DNA of 64,000 bases from assembly GCF_037042905.1 (NCBI RefSeq), contig NC_087254.1, positions 32,240,001-32,304,000 of the forward strand, written 5' to 3'. Positions 1-11,817 of the stretch are shown piece after piece. Origin of the DNA: Lytechinus pictus (Eukaryota). The stretch's first letter is position 1. Each line of letters begins with the position of its first letter. Under the pieces are notes generated by a model that was given only the letters and a program-made list of their open reading frames with translations, did no database searches and was not told where the DNA came from. Position numbers and translations under genes: made by a program.

Positions 1-801
1 CAAAGTTGTCCTTGTTTAGTGACGACAAGAATTCTACAGGGGGAGAGGTTTCCTTTGAAGTTTAGCAGAGTGAAATAAAATGCTTACAGAATGAGGTGGG
101 ATGCAATTCTGAAACTGCGGAGAGGCTGTGCAAATTGTGCTCGATATGGATGTTAAGGCTTCCAGGGCCGTAATAATTGAAAAAATAGTTGTATTTTATG
201 GGACTGTTGAATCAGGAGCTGTTCTACTTCAGCAGCTTCATTCCATTACTCAAAATACATTCAAGTCAGTAATGGGTTATAGTGCACAACTGCAAATGTT
301 GGTAGACAGTGCGAGCCTCTAAGGATGAGACCCTAAAAGTTGAGTTTTGCAAAGACCTGAGAAATAGCGATTTAAAGCATGTGATATTGTGTTTGTATAG
401 GCCTCCATGCATTGGCATATAATCATTCCATTCATTCCATGTCATCATTTCCCAGTAGCAGACTTTTCCCTGGGTCAGCACATTCCATCCCCTACCCTGT
501 CTCATCTGTTCCCATGGTTACCCCTCACCACCGTGTAGAGAGTTATATAATACCCTGGACCCTGCGTGGTACCACATGTTTCATATGTATGAATAAAGCA
601 CTTGTTCTTTGACCAGCAGAGAGAGCAGTCATGTGTGTATAGTGTTTGTGACTAGTGTTATAGTAATAGACTTGTTGAACGCAAAAGGCGATAAGGCACC
701 TTTGATTCAACACAAAGTTTTGATGAATTGGTCAAATTTGCCCGTGTTGCGGAACAAGAGAATCAAGATTTCCATGATTTTCACTTTGCAGTAGTTAGAC
801 T

Positions 802-1746
802 AAAACAAGTGGAATGCCTCTGGCCGTCTCACCTGCATCACGCGATTCAATATAGCAGCAGTGCTGATTTTGAAAACTACTATAACTCGCACAAGATGTT
901 CAGTGATACTTGGTTACTCTTATTTCCACGTTTTATGAACTAGACCAATACACTTATAGAGATATGATGGCAATTCAACAAATACCCCCAACGTGGCAAA
1001 AGTTCTTTGACCTTACATGACCTTTGACCTTGATCATGTGACCTGAAACTCGCACAGGATGTTCAGTGATACTTGATTACTATTATGTCCAAGTTTTATG
1101 AACTAGACCAACACACTTTCAAATTTATGGCTGTAATTCAACAAATACCCCAATTTGGCCAAAGTTCATTGACCCTAAATGACCTTTGACCTTGATCATG
1201 TCACCTGAAACTTGCACAGGATGTTCAGTAATACTTGATTACTATTATGTCCAAGTTTCATGAATCAGATCCATAAACTTTCAAAGTTATGATGGTAATT
1301 CAACAGATACCCCCAATTCGGCCAAAGTTCATTGACCCTAAATGACCTTTGACCTTGGTCATGTGACATGAAACTCAGGCAGGATGTTCAGTAATACTTG
1401 ATTAACCTTATGTATAAGTTTCATGAACTAGGTCCATATAATTTCTAAGTTATGATGACATTTCAAAAACTTAACCTTAGGTTAAGATTTTGATGTTGAT
1501 TCCCCCAACATGGTCTAAGTTCATTGACCCTAAATGACCTTTGACCTTGGTCATGTGACATGAAACTCAGGCAGGATGTTCAGTAATACTTGATTAACCT
1601 TATGGCCAAGTTTCATGAACTAGGTCCATATACTTTCTAAGTTATGCTGTCATTTCAAAAACTTAACCTAAGGTTAAGATTTGGTGTTGACGCCGCCTTC
1701 GGAAAAGCGGCGCCTATAGTCTCACTCTGCTATGCAGGTGAGACAA
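802..1746. mobile_element. Helentron-associated (HINE-like) non-autonomous element with internal ~160-bp tandem repeats
   Basis: Subterminal IR GTCTCACCTGCAT (826-838) / ATGCAGGTGAGAC (1732-1744); terminal hairpin at 1719-1744; about 5 internal units containing gaccttgatcatgtgacctgaaact. Confidence 0.7.
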
Positions 1747-2679
1747 TGATAGTAGTGAATTCATGAAGGGTAATGATATCTTGATTGATGACATTGGTAT
1801 CAAGAAATATGCAAATTTTCACTTGGAGCAATACCAAACCATTACCAAATCTGTATTTTCCATGTGATAAATGCCACCATAAATACCAACAACAAAAAAT
1901 ATATAAACTTTATTTCTTTGGAAAGGTTGAATTCATTCTATTTTTTAGAATATGACATGATGTCTGGAGATAATCAAGGATCCTGTAAAGATGTTGAACA
2001 AGGTTCTTAAAGAATGTTGTCTCAAGTAAGTGACACATTCAAACCAATTCCAATATTCATGTAACATTCCTGCTTATTCAGTCCTCCTTCGAGATATGTG
2101 TCTGATAGTTTAGACATGTCAGATGAGGAATCGCAGGGCGCCCCACTTCCAAAGAACTACCAGCAGTGCCCCGATTCCCTGAACTGAGTCCAGGACCCAG
2201 CTGGGCAACATCAGAAACAGATGTCTGTTCCATATCCTAACCAATTCGTTATAAAACCCTCATCTGCCAGTTTGTTCAAGCCTGCCATCTCAACAGCCAA
2301 TACATTCAACCCCGCTGGTCTGCACATGTACACTTCAAAATGACCATTATTCAATATCACCAGCTATATTGTATGTTGCGATAGTGAAAATATGGATCTA
2401 TGAATTTTCTAAACAGAAGCTTAGAACATGTAAGGGGGTCCAAACTCCAAAATTAATGAAATAAATAGCTTTATATCTAAAATTTTACTTCGCTTCATGA
2501 AGAAGAAACCCAATTAACACACATGTGCAAATATCATACTTTACCTTAAGTAGATTTTTGGATTCTTGCCTTCAGGGTGAGGAACTATCTGACCATCTTG
2601 ACACTGATGTCGTCCTGCTCCTAATCTTGTCCGATTCCTTGGGGCAGTATTTGATCGTATGGGCATTGTCACCATCAAT

Positions 2680-3295
2680 TGCAGATTCTTATTATCGATG
2701 AAGTATCAACGGTAAATCAAAAGTTGATGTATTACATTCACAGTCGTTTACGACAAAATAAAACAATCACGTGATCAGACTGCTTTTTGTGGTGTATCAG
2801 TAATCGCTGTTGGTGACATGTTTCAGTTACCTCCTGTTTGGGGAAATCCATTATATAAAGATACACTTGAAGGAGCACTATGGAATAATTTCAAAGAGTA
2901 GACCTTGAACAAGTAATGAGGCAAAAGGATGATACAGCGTTTGCTTTACTTTTAAACAGATTACGCAAGAAAGAGTGTAATGATATTATGTGTGATGAAG
3001 ACTTGACAAGATTGACATCTTGCGTAAAGGATGAATAATGTGAAGATGCTCTACATATCTTTTCCTGCAACAAAGAAGTAGATGAATGGAACAAGAAATT
3101 GTTGAATAAAAAATGTGCAAATGTGGTGTGCTTATAAGCAGAAGACACTGAAAGAAATGCTAAAAAGGGAAGTAAAATCCTTGAGAAACCTGTCACACGA
3201 TGTAAAAGTCAGTCACCTGGTTATCTGTGGATTGCAGTAAATGCAAGAGTCAATACTCAAAAACATAGATGTTAACAAAGGCCTTACTAATGAAG
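2680..3295 (+). pseudogene. Helitron-type PIF1 helicase remnant
   Basis: LIIDEVS, VIAVGDMFQLPPV, LEQVMRQKDD and FSCNKEVDEWN motifs, with stops and frameshifts. Confidence 0.75.
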
Positions 3296-3599
3296 GCAGT
3301 CCATGCAGATTTAGGCATCAGCCATTTCATTGGAGGGGCACCGCGAAAAGCGATTTGTTGCTATGGGTACGATTTGAGTGTGGTAAAATGTTTCATGTGA
3401 AATTCGAAACAAGCAGCTCCTGCCTGGCATGCGTAGCGAAATATTACATGCAAACTACATGCCCAGGTTCCGTGTTTCTTTTTCGTTCACGATTGGTGTA
3501 TGTCGTGGTGTGTGAATTGATCAAATCTTGTGCTCCTTTCGGCGATGAATTCTTTCCAAATTGTCATTTGTGGTAGATATATTCTTGAGAATCTTTCAA

Positions 3600-4243
3600 G
3601 ATGGATCGACTTTAGGATATCATTATAGGGGAGAGACATAAAAGACTGCGACATTTCAGAAGACAGATCGTGAATCGTAGACGTCGATATATGATTTGCA
3701 TGATGATGCTCCTCATCAGTACGAGTTGCGAGCGGGATGTGTGGATAAACCCAAAAGTCAGGGGTTTGGGGAAATAGTCCAACATAATGATTATTGGTAA
3801 AAGAACTTCAGAATTAACGAGGAAACTTGTGAATTTTTGTGCAAGGAACTAAGACACCTCATCCAGAAACCAGACACAAAATTAAGGGAGGCTGTCTCTG
3901 TAGAGAAAAGATTAGCCATCACTCTTTAGAGGCTAGCTTCAAACGTGGAGTTTCGAACATTGGCGCATCTCTTTGGAGTTGGAAGGTCTCCAGCATGTAA
4001 GATTGTAAATTCAACATGCAGGGCAATCATTGACAGATTAGTACCACTATTCATCAAATTCCCGAAGAATGTGCTTCTATTTGAAGTTCTCAAGGGATTC
4101 CAGGTGCACTGGGGCAATAGACCGAACGCATATTCCCATCGTTGCCCCCTCCGATTATGCCGCAGACTATTATCATAGGATTAGAAAGTGTTGGCAGTTG
4201 GCACAGTGTTATCCTTCAAGCAGTATGTGACCACCGATACAGG
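3600..4243 (+). pseudogene. PIF/Harbinger transposase remnant
   Basis: NFRI..ET.EFLCKEL, VSVEKRLAITL*RLAS, FRTLAHLFGVGRS, GAID.THIPI, HSVILQAVCDHRYR; disrupted. Confidence 0.8.
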
Positions 4244-4685
4244 TATTTACAACAATGAATGATTAAACAAGAATAGAGTTTAAATGGCGGTACCTAGAAT
4301 TTTTCCAGAGATGGGGGCAAGACACACACACAAAAAAAAAAATATCGAAGAAAAATTATGACCTGATGACTTTTGGCCTCTTTTTCTTTATTTTAGTGAT
4401 ATAGTTTATTTTCCAGGGACACTTTTTCAATCTACTTTAATTTTCCAGGGATACTTTATTGAGAAAAATTGAGAGAAATTCTGGAGGTTTTGGTATAGCT
4501 GTTTTGTGTTTGTGTTATTATCATGATTATCTGGTGCGCGCGAAATATCTGTAGTGTTGATTTCTTTTACAGGAATTCTCTACCTAATCAATGGCAAAAT
4601 TAGAAGGGAATTGAGAAACTTTTCTATGCAAACCATACGACCCGTCAATGTTATTGGTACATGAGTCCATCACTATTAGCAAGGA

Positions 4686-4830
4686 TGGAGTGGGTACAGA
4701 CGGAAAGGGGTGGGAGGAAGCTCCTCTTGGATGGATTTCTATATGTAAAACAAAAGGATCTTGCTGATGCCTTTGAAGGCTTCGAGAACGAACTGCGAAG
4801 AAATAAGCACCAGTGCCAGGCATGGGTTGA
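4686..4830 (+). pseudogene. FLYWCH/MULE-like transposase N-terminal fragment
   Basis: MEWVQTERGGRKLLLDGFLYVKQK resembles the start of a FLYWCH domain. Confidence 0.5.
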
Positions 4831-5589
4831 AATTATGTTTCTGGCCAGAATGCTTTCAGCATGCACTCAAGAATTACACTCAATGGGACCTTTAACACTT
4901 AAGTCAATTCTTGGAGGCTAGTCTTTCAGATTATATTGTTCATGCATCAATCTGCATTCTGCAAGCATTTTGGAAAGAATTTTAGTCATTTTTTGCTAGG
5001 GTCATGGTTTCATGTCCCAGCACGGTGCTATAATAGACAACTTACACTTATTTTGCACATTGCAGTTCACTTCTCTTTTCCACAACTGTAGTCTTTTTGG
5101 AATGGAAAACAATTCTACGTCTTGGGGAATCATGCACCCCAAAATCCTGCACGTCTTTTCTTCTGAGAGTTGTTATAGCTGCATGGTCAAATCCTCTTTT
5201 TCTGGGTATTTTCTGGTTTAGGATGAGTTCCTATATGGCAAGCCTTGTACATAGGGTGCCTATGTAATAATGCTGTATTCTTGAGCTTATTCTTTCTGCT
5301 ATATAATAGAACATTTCATTTTCACATATTAATCTTGGAATAAGGAAACAAACTTTAGAAAAAAAATATAATAATCAAAAGTATTTAACTTCCCTTGGGG
5401 AGCTCAAGTGTCCTATCAACCTTCTAGCAATAACTGTTTGTACATCTCACACCAAGGAGCTGCTCACACCTATGGAATGTCTAAGACCACTGTCTATATG
5501 GGCACTGAGTAGAAAACTAGAATCTGACATTTCCTGAGTGATAATTAACTTTTTTTCATTTGCTATTCCTTTAAAAAAAAAGATCACTT

Positions 5590-5975
5590 TAGAAGCCACG
5601 CTCACCTCAACATGCAAAGAGCTCGAGTCAGTGGTTTTACCTGAAGTACCAAGTGTTGTCATTTTAAGTGTTGGGACCAATGATGTGCGCAACAAACATT
5701 CTTTCGCCAAAATGACCAAAATCACAGAGGACATTTGAAAGTGTGGATGGAGGAGGCCAATTTTACCTGGAACCTGGCAAATATAATTCTCAGATGAGGC
5801 CTGTTGTACAACATGCAGTAAAATTGGAAACAATTGTTCGATATAGCTGACTCTGCGCCTCAAGAGGGACGATCACCTTAATTTGCAAAGAGCTCGAGTC
5901 AGTGGTTCTACCTGAAGTACCAAGTGTTGTCATGTTAAGTATTGGGACCAATGATGTGGGCAACAAACATTCTTC
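5590..5975 (+). pseudogene. Duplicated SGNH-esterase-like fragment (LINE ORF1 type)
   Basis: PSVVILSVGTNDV occurs twice, at about 5613-5702 and 5885-5972. Confidence 0.5.
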
Positions 5976-5994
5976 TGGTGTTTCAGGGTGATTT

Positions 5995-6215
5995 CCTAAA
6001 GCTGGTTGAATTAGAGAAGAGCGATCTCACCTGGAGATCGCTTATTTTTTGACTTCCCAAAGGTGTACTTAGTTTTATAACATGAGCAGCAATTAACATA
6101 TTGCCTTCTGGGGACAACCTTAAAAGATGGGGGAATAGAATGAACACTAATTGTAAGTTATGTGGGAACCATGAAGCACTTTGTTATTCTTCTGAATCAG
6201 GTATTGGAAGATATA
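5995..6215 (+). pseudogene. RLE-type LINE (R2/NeSL/Hero-like) zinc-knuckle fragment
   Basis: LPKGVLSF...AINILPSGDNLKRWG...CKLCG. Confidence 0.55.
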
Positions 6216-6522
6216 CATGTACAGGAGTTATTTATCAAATAGTCTCTACCAACCAACCAATTCACATAATGTGGCCTTATTCAGTAATGAATATCAAATA
6301 TGTCAAAGAGTTTTCAGTTGTTACAAAATTAAGAAAACATATTTCAATAATCTAAGACTACGTTGATTAGACTATACAAGCATGGATATAAAATGTTAGG
6401 AGACAAAATGTCTGTGAAATTTTAGCATGCAGTTTATAGTAAAAACTTAAGAGAACTGTAAGGCGTAATATACAAGCAAAAGCCTGGGTTCTAGAAGCAA
6501 CTGTGTATTTCTGTGACTTTCA

Positions 6523-7620
6523 ATGCAGAAATCGGATATTGACTTCACGTCAATAGATTCACATGTAGCAGCCAAGTATAACCTTGGCAAAATCAGAGGT
6601 GGACAAAGTGGTGTGAAATGGCATGAAGTGTGTGCAGTGCTTTACAACCAAAAGAAAAGGCGCTGTATACAATACATAACGAGTATGTCTATTGGATTGG
6701 ACTGGATTGTGTTTACTACATTATAACTCTTATCACAATTTCAGTCATTCCAAAAAGGGCCAATGCTGGAGTGAGATCATCCCAGGAATGAAGGATCACC
6801 TGCCAAACATTTGTGGTCTCCTGGATCTTCTTCTGGCTGTCCTCGCAAGCTCAGCAGATGCTGAACGAGGATTCAGCCAACTGAATCTAGTGAAAACCAA
6901 CTTAAGGACATGCCTTGATTTCCTCCCGCCTTGATTTCTGTAATGCCCTTTTGTTTAATTTACCGCAGGCTCAGTTACATAAGCTTCAGAAGCTTCAGAA
7001 TGCAGCTGCTCGCATTGTCACTTTGTCAAGTAAACGCTCTCATATCACTCCCATCTTGTATTCGCTGCACTGGCTCCCTATCAAAAATCAGATTATCTTT
7101 AAGATTTTGCTGCTTGCCTTTCATAGTATTCTTGGATCAGCACCACAATACAGTCTTTCATTTATCAATCACTACAGACCAAGCAGGTCTTTGCGCTCAT
7201 CCACCTCTGGCTTCCTTGTCATTCCAAAAGTTTCAAAAACTTGGGGGGAAAGATCATTTGCTTTTGCATGCCCCACTTTGTGGAATAGCCTTCCTGAAGA
7301 CATAAAAAAATGTACCTCTGTCGAAACTTTCAAAAATCTTGTAAAAACTTTTTTATTTAACTCTTAGCTCTTTATGCGCCTTGAGCACTCTACAGAGTGG
7401 ATTTGGCGCTTTATAAGTCACATTATTATTATTATCATTATCATTAAGGACTGCATGATGATAGGGTAACTGATCAATTGATAACATTTTGCATTCACAG
7501 GATATAAACTTCTTCAATCCAGAGCCCTGTATCAGCCTGTGGCAGTCTGGTGTGTCAGGTCGAGACGCCCAGACAGAACATGTAAGTATTCCTCATCACG
7601 AGCAACCTGATTCTTCTTCC
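6523..7620 (+). pseudogene. hAT transposase C-terminal dimerisation-domain remnant split by an L2 insertion
   Basis: LLDLLLAVLASSADAERGFSQLNLVKTNLR before 6915; frame resumes after 7446 (DDRVTD...FNPEPCISLW). Confidence 0.7.
6915..7445 (+). mobile_element. 5'-truncated L2/CR1-group LINE
   Basis: SRLDFCNALL...LQKLQNAAARIV...HITPIL.SLHWLPI...LWNSLP; short 3' UTR and (ATT/ATC)n tail; ttaaggac present on both flanks. Confidence 0.85.
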
Positions 7621-9499
7621 TCTTCAGACAGTGAGCCTGAGGTCATGATGGAAGTAGAGATTCTGAGTAAATAAACGGTTTAAAGGTCAAGTCCACCTCA
7701 GGAAAATATTGATTTGAATCAATAGAGAAAGTCAAGCAAGCATAGCACTGAAAATATCATCAACATTAGATGCAAAATAAGAAAGTTCTGACATCTGAGG
7801 CATAATAAAAAAATGACTGTTCAGATAATTCTACACTTTCCCCGACTGTCCCCCTTGTATGTATGCTGGTGATTGCTGATGCTGAATGTATATTTTTAAT
7901 TTGATTTCCAATTTTTTCCATATGTATTTTTTCTTGTTTTACTGGGAGCTACAACTCACAAGTTCTTATGAACTTTTCAGTAGTTTTCCCTTTTTTCTCT
8001 TTTACATGTAATTTTCATTCTTGTACATATTGTATACTGTTATTAGGTGGTCTGTCTATGACAGATCATCTCTTAATTTCGTCAGAATTTTCTTTCTCTA
8101 TTTATTTATTCGCACCTATGTTTGTCGCCAACTTTTCTCCGAATTGGCTGAATCAATTTGGCTGATTTTTCTGTCATATATAGTCTATCAGAGACGCCAT
8201 ACTAAGCTTTTCAAGGTCATCTGGTCATGATGACGTCATCTACGCGCCATTTTGTAAAATTCTTTATTTGATCATATCTACATAACAGATTATCAATAAT
8301 CAATCATAATCACATGAAATAAACTTTAGGTCAAAGTTCAACAAGCGATGTTATCAAAGGTCAGGCAGAGGTCATGATGTGCTTTATAATAGAACATTGG
8401 TAATGAATATCAAATATAACAAAGAGTTTTCGGTCATTACAAAATTAAGAAAACATATTTCAATAATCTAAGACTACGTTGGTTAGACTATACAAGCATG
8501 GATATAAAATATTAGGAAACATAATGTCTGTGTAATTTTTGCATGCAGTTTATAGTAATATAACACTCTGCATTTCATATTTTTGTAAAACTGATTACCG
8601 GTATACTTTTAAACATGCTTGGATGTTTGAGTAAACTCACAAACTCCAGATAGTAAATTGGTTGAAAGAAAGTTCAATGCTCTTTTGTCCATTGACACAA
8701 CTCCTTTTGTTTAGAGCAAATGACCACACACCCATCACCTGTTTGCGCAGATTGATGTGGTAGCCTTATCCTTGCATTATGTTTATAATTCCTCCTAAGA
8801 GACCATAATTATCCTTGCATTGTGTTTATAATTCATAATAATGAGGTATATTTTATCCTCCATCCAACCTTCTCCCCAGATAATAGCTCCCTGACTTCAG
8901 ATGCAAATAAACTTTCATTTTTTTTATGCTCCACCCTTCTTTCCTGATTAGTCGATACATTGTTTAACTCCTCCCCCCTAATGGTGCGAAACTAAGAGTT
9001 GTACCCCCAAAATAATTAAGAAAGGACTTCTCTTCTCCGTCTCTTGACGAGAGGACACTGCGTGCTTGGTCTCCCTCGCCATCCCTCTTTAGGGGTTACC
9101 ATATGGCCTTTGTTGGGGAGTACCTAATATTATAACAGCCTTCTTTTATAACCAGCTATATTTTATACTGTATACATATATATATTTTATATATATTCAT
9201 CTTTGATTGGTATTTATCATCTTTGGAATAAATACTAATGAACTGTAATCATTGTGTGGCAGACTATTGATTTGTCTCATCATTCTTGTGACACTGAACA
9301 ATCACCATGCTACTATAATATTTCGAGTGTTACAGTAAGACTTACGAGAACTGTAAGGCGTAATATACAGTACAAGCATAAGCCTGGGTTCTAAATCAAC
9401 CGTGTACTTCTGAGACTTTCCATGCAGAAATCGGGTATTGACTTCACATCAATAAAATCAGAGGTGGACAGGGTCATAAGATGGTTGGTCTCTGGAACA

Positions 9500-10792
9500 T
9501 GTATGGAGTGTATGGAGTTTCCAACAACAGAGCCAATGTCAAGAAAGCATTACTCGATGCTGTGGCTGAAAAGAACACATTTAGTTGGGTTTCTTGCTTT
9601 GCACACAATCTGAAACTAACAGTGCAACATGCAGTGAAGACGCATAAATTTCCTGAGGCGGCCTCAGCGGAAAACATACGACGTCAACATGAGGTTTTCT
9701 GCGAGTGGTGCAGAGAAGTTGGAAGGGTTGCATCATCGTATATGGAGTTTCCGACAACAGAGCAAATGTAAAGAAAGCATTACTCGATGTTGTGGCTGAA
9801 AAGAAAACATTTAGTTGGGTTTCTTGCTTTGCACACAATCTGAATCTAACAGTGCAACATGCAGTGAAGACGCATAAATTTCCTGAGGCGGCCTCAGCGG
9901 AAAACATACGACATCATCATGAGGTTTTCTGCGAGTGGTGCAGAGAAGTTGGAAGAGGGAAGGGTTGCATCATCGTATGTGGAGTTTCCGACAACAGAGC
10001 CAATGTAAAGAAAGCATTACTCGATGCTGTGGCTGAAAAGAAGAAATTTAGTTGGGTTTCTTGCTTTGCACACAATCTGAATCTAACAGTGCAACATGCA
10101 GTGAAGACGCATAAATTTCCTGAGGCGGCCTCAGCGGAAAACATACGACATCATCATGAGGTTTTCTGCGAGTGGTGCAGAGAAGTTGGAAGAGGGAAGG
10201 GTTGCATCATCGTATGTGGAGTTTCCGACAACAGAGCCAATGTAAAGAAAGCATTACTCGATGCTGTGGCTGAAAAGAAGAAATTTGGATGCACACTATC
10301 TGAATCTAACAGCGCAACATGCAGTGAAGACGCATACATTTCCTGAGGCGGCCTCAGCGGAAAACATACGAAGTCAACATGAGGTTTTCTGCGAGTGGTG
10401 CAGAGAAGTTGGAAGAGGGAAGGGTTGCATCATCGTATATGGAGTTTCTGACAACAGAGCCAATGTCAAGAAAGCATTACTCGATGCTGTGGCTGAAAAG
10501 AACACATTTAGTTGGGTTTCTTGCTTTGCACACAATCTGAATCTAACAGTGCAACATGCAGTGAAGACGCATAAATTTCCTGAGGCGGCCTCAGTGGAAA
10601 ACATACAATGTCAACATGAGGTTTTCTGTGAGTGGTGCAGAGAAGTTGGAAGAGGGAAGGGTTGCATCATCGTATATGGAGTTTCCGACAACAGAGCCAA
10701 TGTAAAGAAAGCATTACTCGATGCCATGGCTGAAAAGAAGACATTTGGATGCAAACTATCTGAATCTAACAGTGCAACATGCAGTGAAGACG
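9500..10792 (+). repeat. Tandem array (~5.5 units of 223-237 bp) of a hAT transposase catalytic-core fragment
   Basis: The unit encodes VSDNRANVKKA...SCFAHNLNL; unit markers at 9524, 9754, 9991, 10228, 10451, 10688. Confidence 0.9.
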
Positions 10793-11620
10793 CAACGGAA
10801 CGTATTGCTGAAAATATCTCAAAATATAATAAGAGAAGGAGTATACTGTATGTAGCTTATAACAGCAGCTTTTCAAAATCATCAGGAGACATAGGTCCAC
10901 TTGGATGTGGTCACCATGGTAACTAATAAAGTATTGTTGATACATAGGCTCTTATTCTTGTAAATGTTGTGTTGTCATGGCGCACATGCTTCTCCCAAGT
11001 GTCTACTTTGAAACCATCAAGAGTTGATTGTACACATATTAATGAATTGACATTGAAATTGTTCCATCGGTGCATTATCCATCATTGGTATGAAGGGGAT
11101 GAGTAAATTGGGAATTAATTCCCATCCTCTACAACAATGAATAATTACATTTTCAGTTTGAAAAGTCATACAAAATCCAAGGTTATCTTTACAGCTACAA
11201 TAAATAAAGCTTAAATAACTTGATAAAAAAACTTATTCTTACAAATATATTTAACTGCTTTGCCATCCCACTTGTGCCATCTGCTTGTAGCAACTGAAAT
11301 GGGTTGGGTGGAATGCACATGCAGCAAAAACACAGCAACCTGGATGGAAGGTTTGCTAACAATACTGTTCAAAGATTGGTTTCATACTTCGCGATGAACG
11401 AATGCCACCAACACTGAAAAGTGCAGTCTCATTTATGCACTTTCTTGATGGATACTGCTAAAAATAATAAACAGGGAATATCCGTCAATAGCCAGCTATC
11501 CACGGACTGCTAGTACTCAATATCTTCCAACTTAGGGGGAAAAAAAACACGTAAAAAAAAAATCTCATATAACATAGTCTATGGACCTTACTGACAATCT
11601 TCGTTGTAGTCCCATCTATG

Positions 11621-11817
11621 CTATCTCCTGGGGGTGACTGCCGGTGAGCGGGGTGCATTGAGATAGCTTGAGATGGCAGACTGGAGTGCGCTAGCCCGGT
11701 GGTTCTCCTCCTCTTGGTAGCGTGCGATGTCCATGTCTCGGACTCTCAGCTGCTCCTGTAAGGAATCCACCTCCTCCTGTTTGCTCCCTAACTCACATCT
11801 GTGCCTCCTGCTTTGAT
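11621..11817 (-). CDS. LRRC45: LRRC45 last coding exon
   Basis: ctttatag/ DQSRRHR...[49 protein letters not shown] at 11623-11621. Confidence 0.9.

Noticed and set aside
9500-10792. CRISPR-like array or a real repeat-protein gene
   Set aside because: There are no unique spacers, the context is eukaryotic, and frameshifts occur between units.
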